Below, piece after piece: positions 50,772-59,592 of a stretch of 64,000 nucleotides of DNA. The position numbers and the translations under genes were made by a program. This DNA is from Dehalococcoidales bacterium. GTDB lineage: Bacteria > Chloroflexota > Dehalococcoidia > Dehalococcoidales > RBG-16-60-22. The stretch is taken from contig JBEKDZ010000004.1 of assembly GCA_050014095.1 (NCBI GenBank), positions 90,834 through 154,833 on the forward strand. The letters are read 5' to 3'. The notes under the pieces are model-generated. The model was not told the origin of the DNA. It ran no database searches and saw nothing but the letters and a program-made list of their open reading frames with translations. The first letter of the stretch is position 1. Every line of letters begins with the position of its first letter.

Positions 50772-51725
50772 ATGGTAGTCAAGAAAGAGTATGCCCACCT
50801 GGTAAAACCCATGCTTATTAAAGACCCGCCTAAGGGTCTCTACCCGGAAGAACGTATTTGGATGGAAGCCAAAGACCTTGAGGGATTCAACGCCCACTTT
50901 TCCTTCGGATTTATTAAGAAACCGACCGCATTTTTCCATCCGCTAGAAGGCGCGATTGTCCACCCCTTTGACGAATTATTAGTCTTTGAAGGGACAGATT
51001 CTTCCGGCAGCATCCTCAAGCTGAATGCCGAGGTATCTGTAGAACTCGGCGAGGAGCGTGAGGAACATATATTTAACGAGCCTACGGTCGTGCTGATTCC
51101 CAAAGGCATGCCGCACGGCGGGGTAAAAGTTAGAAAGCTGAATAAACCAATCGCACACTATACTATCGGGCTGGCTCCAGCCTATAGCGCTTCCCCGGCT
51201 AAAGTAAACGCGTCGACCTCAAAAGGCTCTAAATACCAGAAATATATCAAGAAGATGATTACCGCCGTCTTACCTCCCCCTCCGGACGCTGACGGGCGAA
51301 TGCCGCAGGTCATCGGCAAGGACGGCATTATGCGCCCGGCTAAGTTCGGGGTCGGCCCCGGCAACGGCGACCAGATTGTATGGCTTTATGGGCCGGACCT
51401 GGAAGGATTCAACGCCAATTTTACGTGGGGCTTTTACAGTCAAAACGGCAAGTGGCACCGCGGCGGCGAATCTCACTATCATCCCGAGGCGGAAATCTTA
51501 TGTTTCGTGGGGCTGGACACCAATAGACTGGATTATCTTGGCGCGGAGCTGGAATTGGGCTTAGGCAAGGACTACGAACGGCACATCTTCAATACGTCCA
51601 CCGTGGTGGTTTGCCCCGGCGGATTCCCGCACCTGCCGCTAATTACGCGCTGGGTGGATAAGCCTTATGGGTTCTTCGTGATATGCCTTAGCGGCGAGCA
51701 TGCTTCGCCTTGGGTTGAGACATAA
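50772..51725 (+). CDS. Bicupin-like protein of unknown function (internal duplication)
   Basis: Start at MVVKKEY. The track start 50706 lies inside the putative -35. The two halves share DLEGFNAHFSFGF / DLEGFNANFTWGF and EHIFNEPTVVLIPKGMPHG / RHIFNTSTVVVCPGGFPHL. Confidence 0.55.
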   Translation: MVVKKEYAHLVKPMLIKDPPKGLYPEERIWMEAKDLEGFNAHFSFGFIKKPTAFFHPLEGAIVHPFDELLVFEGTDSSGSILKLNAEVSVELGEEREEHIFNEPTVVLIPKGMPHGGVKVRKLNKPIAHYTIGLAPAYSASPAKVNASTSKGSKYQKYIKKMITAVLPPPPDADGRMPQVIGKDGIMRPAKFGVGPGNGDQIVWLYGPDLEGFNANFTWGFYSQNGKWHRGGESHYHPEAEILCFVGLDTNRLDYLGAELELGLGKDYERHIFNTSTVVVCPGGFPHLPLITRWVDKPYGFFVICLSGEHASPWVET

Positions 51726-51742
51726 ACGAAATAGCAAAACAC

Positions 51743-51880
51743 GTCATTCTCGGGCTTGACCCGAGAATCCAAACACTACCTTTATCCCCTCCTCTGGATT
51801 CCAGCCTTCGCTGGAATGACAGGGGAAAGGGGGATTCCCGCTGGAGTTTACCCCGTACTCCGATACAGGGCGGGAATGAC
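51743..51880. repeat. Cluster of three REP-like palindromic elements
   Basis: A: GTC-ATTCTCGGG-cttga-CCCGAGAAT-CC (51743-51770, inverted orientation). B: GG-ATTCCAGC-cttc-GCTGGAAT-GAC (51796-51820). C: GG-ATTCCCGC-28 nt-GCGGGAAT-GAC (51832-51880). Confidence 0.75.
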
Positions 51881-51890
51881 GATTAAAGAT

Positions 51891-53000
51891 ATGAAATACC
51901 GCAAATTCGGCAGGCTGGACTGGCAGGTTTCGGCGCTGGGGTTCGGTCTGGAACAATTGACGGAAAATGATGACGAAGCCGTAAAGATGGTGCGCTACGC
52001 CATCGATAATGGCGTAAACTTCATCGATGTTGGCTCGCCTTTGATACTCAAGCGCAATTCACAGTCGTTCCATCAAGCGCTCGACGACGGTTATCGGCAA
52101 AAAGTAAAAATCGCCGCCACCATTCCGTCGGCTAGCATCAATGAAGCGGCGGACTTCGAACGCGAGCTGGAAAACCTGCTCAAATGGCTTAATACGGATA
52201 GCGTCGATTTTTTAATTCTCGGTGGCTTGAACCGCTTTAGCTGGCCCAGGCTGGAAGAGCTTAACATCACGCGTCGCTTTGAGGCTGCCGTCGCCAATAA
52301 AAAAGTCGGCTATGTCGGGTTCTTTTTTCACGACCAGTACCAGTTCCTGCGGGATATTATCGCCGCTTACGATAACTGGACGCTCTGCCAGTTCCAGTAC
52401 AGCTTGATGGACATCGACCACCACCCGGGGGTAAGCGGGCTGACCTACGCCGCCGATAAAGGCCTGGCGGTAGTCGTGTCTAAACCGCTGCTGGGAGGCA
52501 GGCTGACAAAAGAAATACCGGAAAGCGTGGCGAAAATATGGGCAGCCGCCGAGCCGAAGCGGAGTCCGGCGGAGCGGGGCTTACGCTGGGTTTGGAATCA
52601 CCCGGAGGTAGCTGCCATTGTTTGCGACATGAGCAGTCCGGAGCAGGTCAAGGAAAATATAACGCTGGCGGATAAAGCGGATGCGGGGAGCTTTACCGTG
52701 CCGGAGGAGCTGGTCATCAGCCGGGTAAGGGATGCTTACCGGGAGCTAAAACCCCTCCCCTGTACCACCTGTCGTGGGTGTATGCCCTGTCCACAAGACA
52801 TCGATGCGCCGCGCATTTTTGAAATCTATAACGACGCCGTTATGTACAACGATGCCGCTACCGCACGGGAAATTTATCGTCTAGAACACCACAACATCGA
52901 TAGCTGTAACGAGTGCGGTACCTGCGCCAGCAAATGTGCCCTGGGATACCCCGTCCCCGAATGGCTTAAGAAAGCACGCGATCTATTGGCAAGTGAATGA
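51891..53000 (+). CDS. Aldo/keto reductase with C-terminal 4Fe-4S ferredoxin-like Cys motifs
   Basis: Start set at MKYRKFGRLDWQVSALGFG, the canonical AKR N-terminus. The track's longer N-terminus translates the REP elements. C-terminal CTTCRGCMPC and CNECGTCASKC. Confidence 0.75.
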   Translation: MKYRKFGRLDWQVSALGFGLEQLTENDDEAVKMVRYAIDNGVNFIDVGSPLILKRNSQSFHQALDDGYRQKVKIAATIPSASINEAADFERELENLLKWLNTDSVDFLILGGLNRFSWPRLEELNITRRFEAAVANKKVGYVGFFFHDQYQFLRDIIAAYDNWTLCQFQYSLMDIDHHPGVSGLTYAADKGLAVVVSKPLLGGRLTKEIPESVAKIWAAAEPKRSPAERGLRWVWNHPEVAAIVCDMSSPEQVKENITLADKADAGSFTVPEELVISRVRDAYRELKPLPCTTCRGCMPCPQDIDAPRIFEIYNDAVMYNDAATAREIYRLEHHNIDSCNECGTCASKCALGYPVPEWLKKARDLLASE

Positions 53001-53098
53001 CCAATATATAAGCTGAAACCGTATTGACCGATAATATAGCCTGGTGTTACGATAACAATAAAGATAACATTTTGATATTGATGCGGCAGGTTTCTTGA

Positions 53099-53296
53099 TT
53101 GAAGTTCAGCGAGCTAGTCAAACTACTAAAGAATAACGGTTTCGAGCTGGTGAGGGAGAAGGGTTCTATCCGGTATTATGCCAAGGCAGGCGTTGATAAA
53201 CTAATCAGAATTGACTATCATGGTTCTAGGGAAATCCCCACGGGGACTTGTGACGCTATCTTAAAAGCGGCCGGCCTGAAGAGGAAGGAGGGGTAG
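53099..53296 (+). CDS. hicA: HicA-family mRNA interferase toxin
   Basis: 65 aa, TTG start. LVKLLKNNGFELVREKGSIRYY...HGSREIPTGTCDAILKAAGL is the HicA/YcfA pattern. Confidence 0.75.
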   Translation: MKFSELVKLLKNNGFELVREKGSIRYYAKAGVDKLIRIDYHGSREIPTGTCDAILKAAGLKRKEG

Positions 53297-53298
53297 CA

Positions 53299-53547
53299 AT
53301 GATAGATTTGAAATATTCTCTAGTAATAGAAGCAACTGAAGACCCATCTTTTTTCACCTTCTATTCGACAGACCTGGATGGCTTTACCGGAATAGGACAT
53401 TCCATCGAAGACTGTATCTATAAAGCAAAATGGGGGATGGAGGAGCATGTCAGCCTCCTGAAAGAGCGTGGACTTACTGTTCCCAAACCTAACCCCAATC
53501 CTAATGTTATGATAAAAAATACGCAGCGGTTAGCAACGATAAGCTAG
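53299..53547 (+). CDS. hicB: HicB-family antitoxin (short form)
   Basis: 82 aa, starting 3 nt after hicA. YSLVIEATEDPSFFTFYSTDLDGFTGIGHSIEDCIYKAKWGMEEHV is the HicB N-terminal partial RNase H-like fold pattern. Confidence 0.65.
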   Translation: MIDLKYSLVIEATEDPSFFTFYSTDLDGFTGIGHSIEDCIYKAKWGMEEHVSLLKERGLTVPKPNPNPNVMIKNTQRLATIS

Positions 53548-53622
53548 AATTAATGCTATAATTTATATAGTAAAACTCCCAAGTTAACCTACCCACATTT
53601 TTCTCATTCAGAAGGAGCATAA

Positions 53623-54189
53623 ATGGAAATCTCGGGCGTACGCAGGAACAGCAAGCTGATTATCGACGGGGCGCTTTATAATGTCGATGAGGCGGAATTC
53701 ACTAAACCGGGCAAGGGCCGCTCCGTTTACCGTTTGAGGCTAAAGAACCTGCGCGATGGCAGTGTCATCGACCGGACGTACCGCTCCGGTGAAAAGGTCG
53801 ATGAAGCGACCATGAACACGGAGGAAGAGCAATACCTCTACCACGAAGGCGACCAGTATATTTTCATGAACTCCAAGACCTACGAGCAGCATAGCATCTC
53901 CGAAGACCTGCTCGGCATTAAAAAGAATTTCCTGAAAGAAGGCATGGATGTCGTGGTGCTGATGTTCGGCGACGAAGCCATTGACATCACCCTGCCGTTA
54001 ACCATCGACCTCAAGGTAACCGAGACCGAGGTTTCCACCAAGACGGCGACCATCACCCCGCAGATGAAGTCGTCTATCATAGAGACAGGCTACCGCGTCG
54101 ATACGCCCTCCTTCATCAAGGTGGGAGACGTTATCAAGATAGATACCCGCAACGGCAACTACGTGGAGCGCGTCGCCACCGGTAAGTGA
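53623..54189 (+). CDS. efp: Elongation factor P
   Basis: 188 aa. FTKPGKGRSVYRLRLKNL carries the modifiable Lys (K31 here) in the PGKG loop. GAAGGAG RBS. Confidence 0.9.
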   Translation: MEISGVRRNSKLIIDGALYNVDEAEFTKPGKGRSVYRLRLKNLRDGSVIDRTYRSGEKVDEATMNTEEEQYLYHEGDQYIFMNSKTYEQHSISEDLLGIKKNFLKEGMDVVVLMFGDEAIDITLPLTIDLKVTETEVSTKTATITPQMKSSIIETGYRVDTPSFIKVGDVIKIDTRNGNYVERVATGK

Positions 54190-55121
54190 TAATGCTAGAG
54201 GATGAACCAAAAAGACTCGCCCGCCTGCAGTCCAACCTGGAGCGGCGGGCATTAATTTTTAAATACATCCGCGATTTTTTTAACGAGCAGGGGTTTTTGG
54301 AAGTTGAGACCCCCATCCGCGCCCCCGTCATCGCCCCGGAGCCATTTATCGTCCCTTTTCAAAGCGAGGACTGGTTTCTGGCCGCGTCGCCGGAGCTGCA
54401 TATGAAACGCCTGCTTGCCGCCGGCTACGAAAAGATTTTCCAATTCAGTCACTGTTTCCGCAAAGGCGAAAGGGGCCGTTGGCACAATCCGGAGTTCACC
54501 ATGCTGGAGTGGTACCGTAAAGACGCTGACTACCAGAAAATCATCGAGGATACGGAGAAGCTGGTGGCGACGGTAGCACGCAAGCTGGGGCATAAAAAAA
54601 CCATCAAATACCGGGGACGGGATATCGACATCAGCCTGCCCTGGCCGAGGCTAACCGTTAGAGACGCTTATCTTAAGTCCGCCGGCTGGGACCCGGTTGC
54701 CGTAAACGACCCGGAAAGATTCGATATGGATTTTGTGAGTAAAGTGCTGCCAAGCTTCGCCCACGACCGCCCGACCGTGCTTATGGATTACCCGGCGGCG
54801 CAAGCCTCGCTGGCGCGTCTCAAACCGGATAATCCGCTCGTCGCCGAGCGGGCGGAGGTGTTCATCGGGGGGCTTGAGCTGGCTAACGCTTACAGCGAGC
54901 TGGTAGACGCCAAGGAACAGGCAAAACGCTTCCAAGAAGCGATACAACAAATACAAAGGGAGCGCGGGCAAATAATGCCACTGCCGGAGAAATTCCTGGA
55001 GGCAATGAAAAGTCTACCGGAGTGCGGGGGCATCGCGCTGGGGATTGATAGACTGGTAATGCTTTTCTGCGATGCGGACTCGATAGACGACGTGATAGCT
55101 TTTACCGAGGATACGGCGTAA
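54186..55121 (+). CDS. epmA: EF-P--(R)-beta-lysine ligase (class II LysRS-like, EpmA/PoxA/GenX)
   Basis: 311 aa. Class II aaRS core lacking an anticodon domain: FLEVETPI, FQFSHCFRKGERGRWHNPEFTMLEWY, GGIALGIDRLVML. The start (GTG 54186 or ATG 54192) overlaps or abuts the efp stop. Confidence 0.8.
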   Translation: MIMLEDEPKRLARLQSNLERRALIFKYIRDFFNEQGFLEVETPIRAPVIAPEPFIVPFQSEDWFLAASPELHMKRLLAAGYEKIFQFSHCFRKGERGRWHNPEFTMLEWYRKDADYQKIIEDTEKLVATVARKLGHKKTIKYRGRDIDISLPWPRLTVRDAYLKSAGWDPVAVNDPERFDMDFVSKVLPSFAHDRPTVLMDYPAAQASLARLKPDNPLVAERAEVFIGGLELANAYSELVDAKEQAKRFQEAIQQIQRERGQIMPLPEKFLEAMKSLPECGGIALGIDRLVMLFCDADSIDDVIAFTEDTA

Positions 55122-55158
55122 TAAGCACGCCGGACAGGCAGACACAACGGTCACTTTA

Positions 55159-55187
55159 TTGCCATGTCCATTTTTCTGTGATATCCT
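55159..55187 (+). promoter_or_regulatory. Candidate promoter for the usp gene
   Basis: TTGCCA (55159-55164), 17-nt spacer, TATCCT (55182-55187). Confidence 0.35.
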
Positions 55188-55218
55188 TTTTTATGAATAA
55201 TGCTTCGTGGGGGTAAAA

Positions 55219-55686
55219 ATGATGTTTGAGAAAGTATTGGTCTGTCTGGATGGTTCCGTCCTTGCCGAACAGATCCTGCCATACATCGCCGCAGATAGCC
55301 GCAAGTTTAAGAAAATCGTACTTCTTAATGTTATCGCCCCACCAGGCGTCAATATACCTCTCGGCGTGCCGGGTGAAACCGCTGGCCGATTACAAACAAA
55401 ATCCATGCTCGACCATGTAAAGAAAGAGCTGGAGGAAATGCCCGACTATCTGGAGTCCAAGGCAGAGTCTCTTAGAAAGACGGGACTTAAAGTAGAGTGT
55501 GTGGTTCTGGAGGGTACGCCCACCGAGGCTATCATTAACTATGCCCATGATAACAATATCGGCCTTATCGCCATCGCTACACACGGGCATTCCGGTATCC
55601 GCCAAATCACCATGGGCAGCACCGCGGAATATATACTAAAACATGCCGGCCTGCCGGTGCTGATGGTGACGCCGCAGAAACGCTAA
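55219..55686 (+). CDS. Universal stress protein (UspA family)
   Basis: Start at MMFEKVLVCLDGS. C-terminal ATP-binding block IAIATHGHSGIRQITMGSTAEYILKHAGLPVLMV. Confidence 0.8.
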   Translation: MMFEKVLVCLDGSVLAEQILPYIAADSRKFKKIVLLNVIAPPGVNIPLGVPGETAGRLQTKSMLDHVKKELEEMPDYLESKAESLRKTGLKVECVVLEGTPTEAIINYAHDNNIGLIAIATHGHSGIRQITMGSTAEYILKHAGLPVLMVTPQKR

Positions 55687-57173
55687 GCCCCGCGGAGTTT
55701 TCTTATCATCCCCTTAAGAGTTTGCCAGATGCTATTAGCGCTATCCTCTTTATCCACCGAGGCGATTTCTTCTCCATAACGTACGTCTTCATACATATCC
55801 GTAAGGCTGTTTAGTGGCAGCGCGCTATCCGGTACGATATGCTCGATACGCTGTGCATATTCTTCGGCGGTCTCGTGGCGGCGGCGGGAGATGCCAGAGC
55901 GCCCCGCCTCCCATTGCATGTGGCGGTAAATTTGTCTAATATCCAGTCGACCGGTATCTTCGTCAAAATTATAAGTCGGTGCCTTAAGAGGTTTACGCCT
56001 CCTCCCAATCGACCTGAAAAGCTCCTTCAAATCGTCCCTTAAGCCGCGCCAGCTAAAGAGGGACTCGCGGACTTCATCGAAATCCTCCCGGGCATGGCGG
56101 GCGCGGTAGCGCGCAATAGCTCTCGCTAGGAAGAAAATAACTACACCAATAACTATGGCGAGCACCGACCATTTTATTATCGAGGTCACTAACGGCGATA
56201 ACTCTACGCCTTCGTTTGTTCCATAGTTCGGCATCGTCATGTTTGCCCCCCACTCGCCTTGCTCCTGCTGACCGCCGCTAATCAAGCCAATGAACCATTT
56301 GAAAACGATAATCAGTCCCTGTCCCAGATAGACTATCGGTATCATAATATATTCAAGTATTTTACCCAGGAACCCGAAGACGGCGTCGGCGCCATGACCG
56401 ATAGTATCAATAAAGTCCGGCGATATGGCCGAGGCGACGGCGAAGCCAATGATAATCATCCCGCCGATAACCCCCAGCATCACCGGCAGCCAGCGCCAGA
56501 CAGAAGTAAGTTTGGCTTCTTCCTTAGGCATCGTGCGGCGCATATTGTAGAGGTGGCTGATGGCGATGGCGAGCAGACCGAAGAAGAAAAAGGCGATGAC
56601 ATTAATGCCGATTTCCGCTCCCGGTTTAGGAATGCTGCCGGATGACGCGCTAATCTGCCAAATGATTATCAAGGCAACAAGCGCCACCATACCGAGCAAA
56701 AAGGAACGATAGATATCTCGGAAATAAGAGGTCGACTGCCCCAGCATAATGCCCCGCCACCAGAGGTAGACAATGGCTGGTATCGCCACGGAAATAGTGC
56801 TGGCATGAGTGAAGGTATTCCCCAGAGCCTGCCCGATATGACCGAACCAGCCGCCGGAGAGAAAGGTATAGCCGTCATTATATTCGACAGCCAGGATGAG
56901 TAGCATGGTTAATAGTCCGCTGCCGATAATGATAAGCTGAATCTTCCAGAGGGACCATGGCTGCCGGGTGAATATCCTCGAAATCACTAGGGAAGCGACG
57001 ATAACGATAACAACGGAAGCTAGATTCAATACCGGGCGTGCTTCCGAAAAAGCCGGCCAAAACCCCACCCAGCTCAACCAGGGAGAGACCCAGAAGGCTT
57101 CCATTAGAATGACCGCCAGCGGGTAAAAAACCACCGCCAGCCAGTCGAAATTTTTGAACCTATCAATCCTCAT
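55683..57173 (-). CDS. Polytopic membrane protein with C-terminal DUF4129-like domain
   Basis: 496 aa with about 9 hydrophobic segments. The cytoplasmic tail ...RRRHETAEEYAQRIEHIVPDSALPLNSLTDMYEDVRYGEE matches the DUF4129 'TP.Eya..l.....l..lt..ye..rYg' pattern. Third gene of the MoxR operon. Confidence 0.55.
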   Translation of the reverse strand: MRIDRFKNFDWLAVVFYPLAVILMEAFWVSPWLSWVGFWPAFSEARPVLNLASVVIVIVASLVISRIFTRQPWSLWKIQLIIIGSGLLTMLLILAVEYNDGYTFLSGGWFGHIGQALGNTFTHASTISVAIPAIVYLWWRGIMLGQSTSYFRDIYRSFLLGMVALVALIIIWQISASSGSIPKPGAEIGINVIAFFFFGLLAIAISHLYNMRRTMPKEEAKLTSVWRWLPVMLGVIGGMIIIGFAVASAISPDFIDTIGHGADAVFGFLGKILEYIMIPIVYLGQGLIIVFKWFIGLISGGQQEQGEWGANMTMPNYGTNEGVELSPLVTSIIKWSVLAIVIGVVIFFLARAIARYRARHAREDFDEVRESLFSWRGLRDDLKELFRSIGRRRKPLKAPTYNFDEDTGRLDIRQIYRHMQWEAGRSGISRRRHETAEEYAQRIEHIVPDSALPLNSLTDMYEDVRYGEEIASVDKEDSANSIWQTLKGMIRKLRGA

Positions 57174-57180
57174 ATAACCT

Positions 57181-58410
57181 TTAACCCGGCTCCTCTTTAA
57201 GTCCTATCTCTTTTACCAGCTCCCAGGCGACTTTATCAGGAACATAGAAAACCGGAAAGCGGCTGGCATTCACTTCCGGAACCTCGCTGCCTACGACAAC
57301 CAGAGTTACGCTTCGCCCCACCCTCTTCATGTCCAGCAGCGTCGCCAGCAGCTTTTCATCGGGCTGGGCCGAGATAACCAGCATCGTGCTGCCCCACGGG
57401 AGACTGCCGACTTCCTGGCGTATGTACCTGGTCACCGGTATCGTTTCCACCTGGTGCAGCTGGGCCAGCGTTTCGAGTATCCGTAATAACTGGTCGGGAT
57501 GCTGGCTGGGCGGCACCATAACCAAACCCTCCGAGAAACGCGTTATCTGGTTAACGTAGAGACCGACCCGAAAGCCGGCATTAAGCGCGTGCTGCGAAAG
57601 CGAAGCCGCGGTAATAATGCCCAGCTCCTGTAGCTGGTAGCTGCTGCCCCATAAAGGCGCTCTTAGCGTGCGCACATCGAGGAAAATGCTGATATCGATG
57701 GTGGTGGTGGGCTCGTAGATTTTCGTCTGCAGCCTGCCGAGGCGGGCGGTGCTTTTCCAATGTATGCGCTTAAGGGCATCGCCGGAGTGATATTCCCTTA
57801 CGCCGGCGGTGAGCACCGGGTCCTGGAAGAGGTGCTGTTTCAAGCGGATATCGCCGAAGAGCTGCCGTGAAGATATACCCAGCTTTTCCAGCGGTACCAG
57901 ACGTGGATACACCAGCAAATAGTCCAGCTTTTCAATTTCCATATCCCGCCGGAAGAACCCGAAAAGGTCACCGGACTCGAGACGGGTAGGCCCGAAAATA
58001 AAAGCGCCACGCAGGGGACACTTTATAGGGAAGCGTCGCTTGACCCTGTGGTACATGCCGATGGGGAAGATATTGGTGAGGGTGACACGGTCTTCATGAG
58101 ATGGCGAGGCTTTCCCTTTCAGAAGTATCAGTTTCTCCGGCAGGTCGTCCTCTATCTTCAGCCACGGGAGTGGCAGCGGCTTACGGTTGGAAACCTCTAT
58201 CTCAAGGACGACTTCTTCACCGAAAAATACCTGGTTATGATTCAAGCGTCGGTGGTATTCGACACGACTAAGGCAATACTTGTTCCAGAGTCGCGATACA
58301 CCGCCGGTAAGGATAAACAGCAAAGAAACCAGCGCCAGCGGTACCTGGTGGAGCGCCAGGCTGATAATCAAAATGATGACGGCAATGATAATCCAGTAGT
58401 CGCCCCGCAT
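57181..58410 (-). CDS. DUF58 (vWA-like) protein
   Basis: 409 aa with two N-terminal TM segments. REYHSGDALKRIHWKSTARLGRLQTKIYE is the DUF58 signature. Directly downstream of MoxR. Confidence 0.75.
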   Translation of the reverse strand: MRGDYWIIIAVIILIISLALHQVPLALVSLLFILTGGVSRLWNKYCLSRVEYHRRLNHNQVFFGEEVVLEIEVSNRKPLPLPWLKIEDDLPEKLILLKGKASPSHEDRVTLTNIFPIGMYHRVKRRFPIKCPLRGAFIFGPTRLESGDLFGFFRRDMEIEKLDYLLVYPRLVPLEKLGISSRQLFGDIRLKQHLFQDPVLTAGVREYHSGDALKRIHWKSTARLGRLQTKIYEPTTTIDISIFLDVRTLRAPLWGSSYQLQELGIITAASLSQHALNAGFRVGLYVNQITRFSEGLVMVPPSQHPDQLLRILETLAQLHQVETIPVTRYIRQEVGSLPWGSTMLVISAQPDEKLLATLLDMKRVGRSVTLVVVGSEVPEVNASRFPVFYVPDKVAWELVKEIGLKEEPG

Positions 58411-58413
58411 CCC

Positions 58414-59391
58414 TTATGCCTCCCCGGCGGCGCCTTCATCTTCCACCGGCACGGTAACAGAATCTCTGATTTCCTTTAGGGTCTGCTCCGCTTTTTGCCC
58501 GCGCAGGCGACTTTCCGACTTGGGAATGATGCGGTGTATCAGCACCGGCGTCATTAAATATTTAATATCGTCAGGAGTGACAAATGTCCTGCCGCGTATG
58601 GCGGCGAATGCTTGTGCAGCGTTATAAAGCGCCAGCATGGCGCGGGGACTGGCTCCCAGCTCGACAGCGGGGTGCTGGCGGGTGGCGTGAACCAGGCGGA
58701 TGATATAGTCCTCGACATCCCTGGCGACATGTACCTCATGGCATGTCTTCTGTATTTTAATCAATGCATCGGCGGTGACCACGGACGATAGCTCTTCAAG
58801 TGGGTCTTCATCGCGGAAACGCGCCAGAATCGCGCGGTCGTCCTCAAGCGAGGGGTAGCCTATCTGTATTTTCATCAGAAAGCGGTCGAGTTGGGCTTCG
58901 GGGAGGGGGAAAGTGCCTTCCAACTCGATGGGGTTTTGCGTTGCCATGACTAAAAAGGGACGGGGCAAAGGGCGGGTCTCACCCTCGGTAGTGACCTGGC
59001 GCTCCTGCATCGCCTCCAGGAGGGCGGACTGGGTGCGGGGAGTAGCGCGGTTGATTTCATCCGCCAGTACCACCTGGGACATGACGGGTCCGGGGCGGTA
59101 CTCGAAGTCCACGGTTTTCTGGTTGAAGATATAGGTGCCGGTAATATCCGAGGGGAGCAGGTCCGGGGTGCATTGAATACGCCGGAAGGAGCAGCCGAGC
59201 GATTTGGCTAATGATTTTGCCAGGACGGTTTTGCCTACGCCCGGCACGTCCTCGAGGAGGATATGCCCTTCACAGAGCAAAGCGACTATCGCCAGCTCCA
59301 CCACCTCGCCTTTGCCGACGATAACGCGCTCGACGTTTTCTTTTATCTTGGCGGCGGCTTTTTTTATTTGCTGTACCTGTTTCTCTTCCAT
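58414..59391 (-). CDS. MoxR-family AAA+ ATPase
   Basis: 325 aa. Walker A DVPGVGKT; Walker B VVLADEINRATPRTQSALLEAM; ATQNPIELEGTFPLPEAQLDRF. Confidence 0.9.
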   Translation of the reverse strand: MEEKQVQQIKKAAAKIKENVERVIVGKGEVVELAIVALLCEGHILLEDVPGVGKTVLAKSLAKSLGCSFRRIQCTPDLLPSDITGTYIFNQKTVDFEYRPGPVMSQVVLADEINRATPRTQSALLEAMQERQVTTEGETRPLPRPFLVMATQNPIELEGTFPLPEAQLDRFLMKIQIGYPSLEDDRAILARFRDEDPLEELSSVVTADALIKIQKTCHEVHVARDVEDYIIRLVHATRQHPAVELGASPRAMLALYNAAQAFAAIRGRTFVTPDDIKYLMTPVLIHRIIPKSESRLRGQKAEQTLKEIRDSVTVPVEDEGAAGEA

Positions 59392-59592
59392 TTACTTAAT
59401 CGCTTTCTATCTCGAATATAATGACCTGAACAATATCCATTATAACAGCTTAGCTATTCTGACGCTATTTTAAGACCAAAAGCTTTGATGGGGGAGGTTT
59501 AGTTGGGGAAATTGTTATTAGCTGATTTTTTATAGTCGTTTAATGATGACAACTGACGCTGAATGATATATTATATGCCCAGAGGTTAGCTG

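Noticed and set aside
51756-51890. 45-aa N-terminal extension of the aldo/keto reductase ORF (MTRESKHYLYPLLWIPAFAGMTGERGIPAGVYPVLRYRAGMT...).
   Set aside because: It is the translation of three REP-like palindromes. The canonical AKR N-terminus MKYRKFG...ALGFG begins at 51891.
53051-53069. Direct repeat GATAACA (53051-53057 and 53063-53069) upstream of hicA as a HicB operator.
   Set aside because: There are only two 7-mers with no palindromic symmetry, and this short HicB lacks an obvious DNA-binding (RHH/HTH) extension. The evidence is too weak to call.
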